DNA of 63,319 nucleotides, filler included, from Reclinomonas americana ATCC 50394 (Eukaryota), in assembly GCA_048213135.1 (NCBI GenBank). It is 6 parts of 2 records of this genome, joined end to end, with 100 filler letters (N's around TTAATTAATTAA, not from the genome) between each part and the next. Parts side by side here need not be neighbours in the genome. Positions count along the whole stretch, not along the records: positions 45,095 to 59,345 come from PS015144.1; positions 59,446 to 63,319 come from PS015148.1; 4 more parts are not named here. One strand, 5' to 3'. Made by a program: the position numbers and the translations under genes. Of this stretch, positions 49,796 through 59,999 are shown piece after piece. The notes below the pieces were generated by a model that saw nothing but the letters and a program-made list of their open reading frames with translations, was not told the origin of the DNA and made no database searches. Positions within the stretch are counted from its first letter, which is position 1, and the number at the start of each line of letters is the position of its first letter.

Positions 49796-51712
49796 TTATG
49801 GCTGCTTTCGTGCGCGGCGGGCCTGAAAAAAGCAGCAGCAGAGTAGAGTGCGTGCTGACAAAGTGAGCACGCAGTGCCACGAGCGCGATCACAATGTAGA
49901 TGCGGAACCTCTTTTGCAGCGGCCGCTTCCTCCTTCAGGAACTCACGTCGCGTGTTCGACCGTGGCCCGGCATTGAAAACGCGACCGAACGACGGAAGCC
50001 ACATGGGGTCGTCTTCGCCGCTGGTCGGTACACCCGCTGCGCGTGCGCGCTCCTTGTTCACACCACAAAATGCATCCACACACGAGAGCAGACAGCTGCA
50101 CGCAACTGGCCTCCGCGAGCCTCTTGGCGCGCAGAAAATCGGCGCCGACGCGATTCGGCGGCAGCCTGGCTTGCCGCTCGGCCTGTTTCGCTGACGGTAC
50201 GCGCGAGCCGAGACGCACACCACGAGGGGGCATGGTCGGTCCAATGACGGGTTGCTACACGAAGAACAAAAAAACAAAAGTGACACACGGGTTTAGGAAC
50301 GAGTTCGTCGACCACATTGCGTGTGGTAGGCAGGGTACGGTGGAAGAACGAAAGCAACAATCAAAAGGATACATCACGCGGCGTGGACGCACAATGGCGG
50401 AGGCCGGACGAAGCCACGGAGGTACTGAATCAGCGTCGTACACATTCTTCTCGCCGGAACCCAACTGGCGCGGACGCAGAGCAAACAGGCCTGGCCCTGA
50501 AGCACGCTGCGTGACCTTGCGCACGACTCCATCTGTTGCGGCACGAAGGGGTCAGGTGTATGCGACGTTGGTGGCACTGAAACGCCACGCAACTCGCAGA
50601 GACACGAGGAGTGTATCGCTGGAAAATGCGCGTGCCCATGATCTCGGCCCCGCGAAAGTCATCCGACTGGTCGTCCAGGTCCAGCTCCCACGGGATCCAC
50701 TGCGATTGCGTGGCACCGTGATACCTGACCACTCCTCCGCCCCACACACGCCGCCCCTCGTGCCAGCCAGTGGGGTTCTGCATCACGCCGTGCTCGTTGG
50801 TCACCGTATAGTACACTGCGTCGCAATGAGCATGCCGCGGTGGGAAGAGATGAGGCAAGTACTGACCTATGGGAGCACGTCTGATGATCGGAGGAATGGC
50901 AATCGTGGTGGCCGTCGTCGTCGTCGCAGTGGTGGTGCTGGTCGTCGTTGTCTCCCTGCTGTCCATCTCCTCGCGCTGTTTCTCCTCGCGCTGCTTCTCC
51001 TCGTACTCCTCCACGGCCAGCAAGTACTGCAACGTCGGTGGGTGAGTCCCTGCCTCCCGCCTCCCACCAAAAACACACGGACCTCCACCCACTCGTCATC
51101 GTTCAAGTACTGCGCCTGTGCCCGATGCGAGCGTGGCTTGTTCTCCTTCCAGAACGCATGCACCGAGGCCACATGCACCGCCGACGCCAAATGCTCCACA
51201 AAAGCAAAGCCAGGCACACGCTCCTGCTGCGTCGACTTCTTCTCGTTCTTCTTGACCTTCTTCATCTTCTTTTCCCCTTCCTCGTCCTCATCCTCGTCTT
51301 CCTCTTCCTCGTGATCATCCAGTGCAGAGGCGTGCCGAAACACATCGCGTGCACAAAACACGCAGTAGAATCGCTCACGAGCGCCATCGCCAGTCACCAC
51401 TGGACCCTCTGCATGCCACATCATCAATCTCCGCCACTCTCTCACACACACAGCGGCACTTTGGCGTCACTTGCCTGCACTGCGGAGAGCCTCGGTGCCC
51501 CACATGCGCAGAAAGTGCTGCGTGCGAGCCTCGTGCTTGCCGAGTACACGCTCGACGGCGGCAACATGTGATGGAGTGAAGGCATGACCACGCTCGGCAA
51601 AGCTCAGGCGACACACACTGCAGTAGACCAGTGCACCGCCGCCACTGCCACCACCAACACCACGTTTTCGCACTCGTTTGCGTCGTTTCTTGGTGGCCTC
51701 GCCCTCGCTCAT
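49796..51712 (-). CDS. CCDC84: CCDC84/CENATAC zinc-finger protein (last exon tentative)
   Basis: CSVCRLSFAERGHAFTPSH, FYCVFC..EHLASAVH..FWKENK, RLPPNRVGADF, WLPSFGRVFNAGPRSNTRREF. Confidence 0.88.
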
Positions 51713-51776
51713 CGCATGTGTTTTCGCAGAGGGGGACAACTACAGTAACTCACTTCGCAACACAAGCCTTTGTACA

Positions 51777-52416
51777 TTATGAGTGCTGATCATCATCGTC
51801 GTCTTCCCTGGCAGTGAGGCGACTGGCTGGGGGTTCCACCACATGCACTGCGCCGTGTTTCTTCCGCCTGCAGCGAGTGAAGGAGAAGATGGTGAGACGC
51901 GCCAGCACGGTGAGGGATCACAAAAAGAAGCCGGGCGCAACATGAATGGTCTGCCGAGCTCATCGACCACGTCCACGTGCTGCGCCAGCAGAGTGTGCAG
52001 ATGACCGGGCGAGTGTTCGTGTCTCCGCCGTGTGCATCGGCACACCTTGGAGAACGCCCACTGCGACACGACTCGGACGACCTCGATCAGGTCCTTCAAG
52101 CCTGCGGTCGAAAACCAATGATCAGCCTCCGCCGCAACCATCATTCGCAAGCCCACCGACACCACGTACCAATCACGAGCAACAGCAGCAGCACGAGCAC
52201 CTCGCCCACTGTCAAGTGGTGACCCACATTGATGCGGCGGAGCAGTGTGCTCTTGGTCAGGTCGATGCGCAGTTGCAGGTCGCCTCGCGACGGCACCGTG
52301 TTGCGATCGTAGAATGCGTCGGCGTGCATCAACCGCGTTGAGCTGGTAGTCACCGACCACATGCGATATGAGCGGGAGAGCACTATGGCACAGCAGTGGT
52401 GAGTGCAAAGGACCGC

Positions 52417-52507
<91 letters not shown>

Positions 52508-55500
52508 GAGAGGACGACGACGACGTACGACGAGACGACGTACGACGTACGTACGACGTACGTACGTACGTAACGTACGGTACGTACGTACGTACGNNNN
52601 NNNNNNNNNNNNNNNNNNNNNNNNNNNNNNNNNNNNNNNNNNNNNNNNNNNNNNNNNNNNNNNNNNNNNNNNNNNNNNNNNNNNNNNNNNNNNNNNNNNN
52701 NNNNNNNNNNNNNNNNNNNNNNNNNNNNNNNNNNNNNNNNNNNNNNNNNNNNNNNNNNNNNNNNNNNNNNNNNNNNNNNNNNNNNNNNNNNNNNNNNNNN
52801 NNNNNNNNNNNNNNNNNNNNNNNNNNNNNNNNNNNNNNNNNNNNNNNNNNNNNNNNNNNNNNNNNNNNNNNNNNNNNNNNNNNNNNNNNNNNNNNNNNNN
52901 NNNNNNNNNNNNNNNNNNNNNNNNNNNNNNNNNNNNNNNNNNNNNNNNNNNNNNNNNNNNNNNNNNNNNNNNNNNNNNNNNNNNNNNNNNNNNNNNNNNN
53001 NNNNNNNNNNNNNNNNNNNNNNNNNNNNNNNNNNNNNNNNNNNNNNNNNNNNNNNNNNNNNNNNNNNNNNNNNNNNNNNNNNNNNNNNNNNNNNNNNNNN
53101 NNNNNNNNNNNNNNNNNNNNNNNNNNNNNNNNNNNNNNNNNNNNNNNNNNNNNNNNNNNNNNNNNNNNNNNNNNNNNNNNNNNNNNNNNNNNNNNNNGAG
53201 AGAGAGAGAGAGGGGCGATGGAGACGTACTTGCACGGCACACCAACTTGTCGAGTCGAACAATGCTGCTGAGGAAACCGGAGTTGCTGACCGCAGTGCAC
53301 TGCTCGACAATGCTCGGCAGGAGCAGCATACTCACTGCCAGCTCACCGCGCAGCAGCTTGCCGGGTGGCGGCTCAAACACGCCACGCGTCCAACTACTCA
53401 ACCAGTCAGTGTCACACTTGCCCGAAAGAGTGGGTGGCACCGGCATACCTTTCCACGCCATTCTTCTCGCTCTCCACCGCCGTCACGTTCAGCACCAAGC
53501 GCTGCACGTAGAGCGGCACGAGAGAGTCCTGACTGTGCATGTCCATGACAAAGGAGCTGGCGGTGGCCAGAGCGTAGCCCTCCGAGAACGTCGTCAGCAC
53601 ATCACACGTGAAAGGACCTTCGCCTTCCACGGTTCGAATTACTGTGACGACGCACGTGAGTGAATTCGGTTGCCACCAAGAGCAAGCATTGCGGCGCAAC
53701 TCTGTTCGGGTCGACAGTCGTCGGCCGATTGCACGCCCTCTCTACACCCCGTCGTCTGCAACTGCACTGTGATGGACGAGCAGGGAACATTCACGCCCTC
53801 CAGACGCAGTCGGATTTGCCACGGCAAACTCTCCACGTCGTGCACGACCTCGCGAGGCTCCTGCGAGGAGGAGGATAGTCAGCGTGGCCGTCACAACCAA
53901 GAGCAAGACATCGCCTTAATGGTGCGACTCACAAACTCAGACACGGTGGCCAGCGAGGCCGACACCGAGTCGTTGGCACCGCTCAGCATGAACGCCAGCA
54001 TGAAAATGGCCAAGAAGAGCACGGAAATGTAAAACAGCAGGCTGGCCAGCGAGCCGCACACCGAGCTCCACTTGTACTTGCGGCGATTGGCAAACTCGGG
54101 CGTCTCGCCAATCTCGTCGTGCTCCGACTCCTGCACACCAACAATAATGGGTGAGAACACAAAACATGCTTCGCAACAGGTAGGCGACCGTGCACACCTC
54201 GGACATGATGTTCATGGCCAGCAGAACGCTTTGCGTGCCCAGTTGCACGTTGCGCAGCGTGCCGTCACGCCAGCGGAACGCAAACACACTGCAAAACAAT
54301 CGAGTGAGAGAGAGTTTTCAACAAACGACAGGCAAAGGCATGGTCGACGAAACGTAATCGTAAACATGGCCAACCCCATCAGTGCAAACGAGAGCACGGG
54401 CAGGAAGCTGAGGAAGAAACTGTCTTCCACATTGACCTCTTCGGTAGGCTCCAACGGCTCCTCCGCATACTCAAAGCCCTCCTCCTCGATATCCAACGGC
54501 TGCGCGCTGCCGGCAGGGCACGAATGCGAGTTGGGTGTGCACGCCAGGCACGAGTCGGTGTATGACGAGCCCGTCGCCGGGTTGTAGGTGCCTTCGGGAC
54601 ACAGCTGGCACGCATCGAATCCACTGGTCGGTTTGAATGTGCCCTGTCCACATGGCACACACGAGTTCGCCAGCAACTGCTGTCCCTTGGGGCACGCCTC
54701 TGCACATTCTGCGTGAGTCTTCCTCCCCTTCGTGCCCCCACGACGAGCAAAACGCAACGGAAAAACTTGACATCGTACAGCGACAGCGTAGCGTCCTGCG
54801 AGGTGACGAGGAATGTGTCGGAGAGGCCGCTGGTGGAGGCGCGCACATTGTACGGTGACTGGAAGTAGGCCGGATAGTTCTGGCTGGGCGCCGAAGCATC
54901 AAGCTCCACCCATCGCCGCGCCTCGTCTCGCGAGAACAGCCGCAGTTGCGCAGACTTGCCCTGCTGTACCGAGCCCGTAGAGCTGACCAGCAACGTATCG
55001 TATGGTTCCGAGTAGGACAGCTGCGAGCCGAAATTCACGAGTCCGTGGTCGCGCGACGTGAAATTCTGCACCAAAGTACCGGCCGGATTCTGCTCAATGG
55101 TGTAGGCCAGCACAGAGTTTTGCGTGGCGAACCCCACAGCAATGTCGGAGGTGCCAACCAGTTCCACCGACGTGGCGCAGGCGGTGGCGTTGGTGCGAAT
55201 CTGCGCGGCCACCGAGAGCGACCCATCGGCGGCCACATCCAGCACCATGACCTCGGAGACCACGATGAAGCTGCGATACGAGGCCTGCTTCGGCGCGCAA
55301 TACGTGCACTGCGCATAGGCCGTGCGACTGCCACGCGCCGTCAACGCCGTGATGACGGTCTGGCCCTGGCAGAAGCGCGGCGGCACACTCTGCAGTCGCG
55401 CCTGCAAACGAGCCTGCGAGCGCGCCGTCGCTGCTGCCACTGTCGTGGTCGTGCCGAGAGTGGTCGAAGTGGACGAAGTTGTCTGTGTCGAGTTGGTGAC

Positions 55501-57178
55501 GGCGACGAGTGCCTGCACGTAACAGTCAGTGACGTACAATTAAAGGGGAATCCGTGCGCATGTACCTCTGCGGCGACAGCGGGCTGCTTCACATGTGCGG
55601 TGGCGGCCGGCGCCTTGAATAGAGGCTTCTTGAGCTGGTCGGCGCGCGACTCGTGGCACCGCAACTGAGGGCGTGCACAAAAAAGGGGCGCGTGAGGGGG
55701 CAATGACGATCGGCGACAGGTGCGGTGAAACGACGCAACTCCCGACGAGGTCACCGAGCACACACACAACGGCCATTGATTCGTGTCGTACACTTGCCGC
55801 ACGTCGCCAGCACACGAGCTGACCGCAAACGAATCGCCAAGTTTGACGTGCAATCCCAGTGTGCAGTTGGCGGCCGCCAATCCACAGTCCGCCTCCTGTC
55901 ATTGTCAGCCAGCGTTTAGCATCATTGCTCCAAGAAGGACACCAACGAAGCGCCTCGCAACTGTGAACGAATACGAGGCCGAGCACGCCTTTTCCGCGTC
56001 GTGGTTCATGGCCGCTCGTGGTTCGGCACTCACCAACTCGGCAAAGTCCTCCGTCATGGCATTGTAAAAGTCATCGTCGTCTTCGTCATCGTCTGTCGCA
56101 TCGGCGCCGCTGGCGTGCGTGCTGGCGGATGACGACGACACGGTCAGCGGCGACGCCGAGGTTACCGACACGGCAGTGGCACACAGGCTGGTGTCGATCA
56201 GCTGCAAAAGGCCAAGTGAGAACACAAGGAGCATGGATGTTTGATGCCTCGCACGTACCTCGACGTAGCCGTAGGCACCGGCGCTGCCCGTGAGTCCATG
56301 CTGCGAACCGACGGCCGCAAGTGCCAGTGGCGCCGAGCCACCCACCGGCGTCACCTTGTGCACGTGCACCGACACGCCATACGTGGGATCGCCGGGCTTG
56401 CGCAACACCGTGCGCCACTTCCACACATCGGGCGTGCCAGCCACACCCGCCACCCGCCGCACCGTGGTCGGCGTCGTCTCCGTTTCCACCGCCGCCTCCA
56501 CCGCGGTGGACACTGCCGGAGTCGACACCGGCATGGCCACAGTTCTCAATTCCTCATCCACTCGCTGCTTGCCACTCGTCGGCGGCGGTGGTGGTGACGA
56601 CGACGATGGCTGCTGTTGCTGCTGTTGCATGACTGGCATGTCCAGCATATCAGCATCGGCCACAGCCGGCGACTGCACCGCCAGCACTGGACTTGGCGCA
56701 GAAGCCGCCGCAGACGACGCAGCAGCCGTTGTACGACTATGCTGATGATCGCCACTCATCTCACCCACGCGATCCGCCTGCTCCTCCTCCTCAAACGACA
56801 CCTGCAACAGCACCGCCGGCGACAACTCATTCTCCGTCGCCCCTCGTCGCTGCTGCTGCTGATCATCACTATCCGAGTCACGCGACGACAAGGGCGGGGC
56901 GGTGGGTGGAGGCGCCACCACACGCTGATAGAGAATCACTTGCCCGCCGAGTCGCAGCTGATTGTTGACCGATTCAGCCGCCGTCACACCAATCACTGCG
57001 AATTCGTCGCCCACACTCGCCGCCACGTGTTCCCCTGTGCAACTAGTTGCTGAGACAAAGGGCGAGTGTGACTATGAGTGTGTGTTGATCACTCACCACT
57101 CACGCACACAATCATCGACAAGAACAGCAGCAAAAGAAGCCATGTTGGCGCGCAAACGTGACTTCTTGTCTCTCTCAT
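51777..57178 (-). CDS. Large secretory-pathway membrane protein: signal peptide, FG-GAP-like propeller repeats, Cys-rich (ephrin-receptor-like/GCC) repeats, several TM helices
   Basis: Signal WLLLLLFLSMIVCVS; FAVIG..GQVILYQ, YGVSV..AAVGS..GYVE, NFGSQLS..LLVSS; CVPCGQGTFK..CQLCPEGTYN..CLAC..CPAGS; hydrophobic helices near 54400, 54020 and 52190. Contains a 602-N gap. Confidence 0.65.
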
Positions 57179-57724
57179 GATTCTGTGTGCGCACGTGCGT
57201 GCTGTGTGTCTTGCCACAACACTGTGTCTCTCAATGTGCGCCACACACACTCTATCTCGCGCGCAAAACTTCACCGGCGGATATGGACAGAGGACAGACA
57301 GATCGGCGGCTCGCGCGCGCCAAAAATCACTGTGACGTTAACCGTGAACAAAGTGACTGTGAGTGTGAGTGCAAGTGTCAGTGTGGTGGATCCTCAGTGC
57401 ACAGCTCGTGCTTGCAACACATACGTCTTCACAGAGAGAGAGAGCGAACGAACGAGTTGCGTAACACATAGGCGGCCACACTCACTCTCACTCTCACACG
57501 CACACACACACGCGCTGTCTCATCACGCGTGACACACATGCACACACATGCACTGTACGCACACACATATGTGCACGTTGAAGAGCGCGCTCAGAGATGT
57601 CGATCACACTCGCTTCTCCCGATATCGGATGATACAGTTCCTCCTCGCATTCACACTCCTCTGCCATTGTTCTTCCTCATCCCTCTCTCTCACACACACG
57701 CACTGTCTCTTCTTTCTACACCAG

Positions 57725-59345
57725 ATCATGCGGTGGACGAAGCGTGAGCCGCGCATTGCGTCACGCAAGGCGTCGGAACGCGCTCGGCTTGCGCGCGCCT
57801 GCCAGCTCATGTGCCCTCTCAACGATCACGAGGTGTTCATGTACTCGGGGCATCGCAACGACCTCGCCGAGCTGTACACCGATGCGGTGCTGCTTGACAC
57901 AGGTGCGGGCATGTGAGAATGCATGCCAGGGCAGTTTGCATCAATCATGACTGTATTTTTTTCGTGCTAGTCTCCGGCAAGGCCGAGTTTGTGTGGACCA
58001 GTGGAGTATCGGTGGGCTTCCGCAGCGATACGCACTTGGTTCGTGTCGGCGACAATCGGCTGTTCATGTACGGTGGCAAGACGGCCAAGTCTGGCTTTGG
58101 TGGCAGTTTATACGTGGCCAATGCGGCGTTGGCCGATGCGTTTGTCTTGCGGCGTGTGGTGAAGGAGGAAGGTGATGAGGAGGACGAAGAGGAGGAGGAG
58201 GGCGCGGAGGGCGGCGAGGATGCGGGCAAGCCGCAGTGGGTGTGGGAGGCTGTCGAGTTTTCGGGTGACTCCCCAGGGCCGCGTCGTGGTCACTCGCTGA
58301 CGGCACTCGACGATCATCGTGTGGTGCTGTTTGGTGGCGACAATGTGCCTGCCGATGTCTTCTTGTTTGACTTGAGTTGCGCCAAGCCACCCCGCCGACT
58401 GTGTGTGATGTCGCAGCTGACCGCTCGTGATCGACAGACACCATGAGGTGTGAACGCAAGATCNNNNNNNNNNNNNNNNNNNNNNNNNNNNNNNNNNNNN
58501 NNNNNNNNNNNNNNNNNNNNNNNNNNNNNNNNNNNNNNNNNNNNNNNNNNNNNNNNNNNNNNNNNNNNNNNNNNNNNNNNNNNNNNNNNNNNNNNNNNNN
58601 NNNNNNNNNNNNNNNNNNNNNNNNNNNNNNNNNNNNNNNNNNNNNNNNNNNNNNNNNNNNNNNNNNNNNNNNNNNNNNNNNNNNNNNNNNNNNNNNNNNN
58701 NNNNNNNNNNNNNNNNNNNNNNNNNNNNNNNNNNNNNNNNNNNNNNNNNNNNNNNNNNNNNNNNNNNNNNNNNNNNNNNNNNNNNNNNNNNNNNNNNNNN
58801 NNNNNNNNNNNNNNNNNNNNNNNNNNNNNNNNNNNNNNNNNNNNNNNNNNNNNNNNNNNNNNNNNNNNNNNNNNNNNNNNNNNNNNNNNNNNNNNNNNNN
58901 NNNNNNNNNNNNNNNNNNNNNNNNNNNNNNNNNNNNNNNNNNNNNNNNNNNNNNNNNNNNNNNNNNNNNNNNNNNNNNNNNNNNNNNNNNNNNNNNNNNN
59001 NNNNNNNNNNNNNNNNNNNNNNNNNNNNNNNNNNNNNNNNNNNNNNNNNNNNNNNNNNNNNNNNNNNNNNNNNNNNNGCCGGGCCTCCAGTGGGCACCCA
59101 CCCACCCGATCAACCACACACGATGCGCGGTCACTGTGCGTGCTTGGCCGACGACCACCGCATCGTGGTGTGGGGCGGTGAGAGATGGGGCGAGATGGAG
59201 GAGATGTTGGAGCATGAGTCGCACATGGCGGTGTGGGTGCTGGACACGAACACGTGGCACTGGTCGTACAAACCGTGCTCGGGGCCGGGGCCACGCACAT
59301 TGCTGGTCGGCTCCTCGATGGTGAAACTGCCCAACGGCCAGTTGC
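57725..59345 (+). CDS. Kelch-repeat protein (partial; start uncertain, gapped)
   Basis: RLFMYGG, WEAVEFSGDSPGPRRGHSLTALDDHRVVLFGG, RGHCACLADDHRIVVWGG..VWVLDTNTWHW. Confidence 0.8.
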
Positions 59346-59898
59346 NNNNNNNNNNNNNNNNNNNNNNNNNNNNNNNNNNNNNNNNNNNNTTAATTAATTA
59401 ANNNNNNNNNNNNNNNNNNNNNNNNNNNNNNNNNNNNNNNNNNNNACACTACACATAGTACTATAGTAGTAGTAGATATACTAAGTAGTAGAGAGAGAGG
59501 AGGAGGAGAGAAGAAGAAGAAGAAGAAGAAGAAGAAGAAGAAGAAGAAGAAGAAGAAGAAGAAGAAGAAGAACAAGAACAAGAAGAACAGCGACAACAAG
59601 AAATAACAACAACAACAAGAAGAAGACAGAGAGGAGGAGGAGGAGAAGAGGAAGAACAAGAAGAAGTAGAAGAGGAAGAAGAAGAAGAACAAGAAGAAGA
59701 AGAAGAAGAAGAAGAAGAAGAAGGAGAACAAGAACAAGGAGAAGAACAAGAAGAAGAAGAACAAGAAGATGAAGAAGAACAAGAACAACTAGAAGAAGAC
59801 AGAGAGGAGGAGAACAAGAACAAGAAGAAGCCAAGAAGAAAGAGGAGGAGGAGGAAGAGCAGAAGAAGACTGATAACAATTCATTGTGTGCGCGCAAC

Positions 59899-59946
59899 TG
59901 CATCACTTTCAAACATGTCAGCAGCGACTGCGCGACTGCCGCCCAT
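59899..59946 (-). CDS. Putative first exon (MGGSRAVAADMFESDA) of a gene whose remainder lies in the gap
   Basis: ATG at 59946 followed by a GTTGCG donor at 59898 and a pyrimidine-rich, intron-like tract. Confidence 0.4.
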
Positions 59947-59999
59947 GGGTGCCACAGAGGGACCGCCACTCATTCTCACTGACAAAGAGCGACGACGGA

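Noticed and set aside
52505-52596. (TACG)n/(GAC)n palindromic-looking runs, also near 59446-59490 and 63210-63300
   Set aside because: They occur at contig ends next to long (GA)n tracts and mirror the TACG flow order of pyrosequencing, so they are low-quality read tails.
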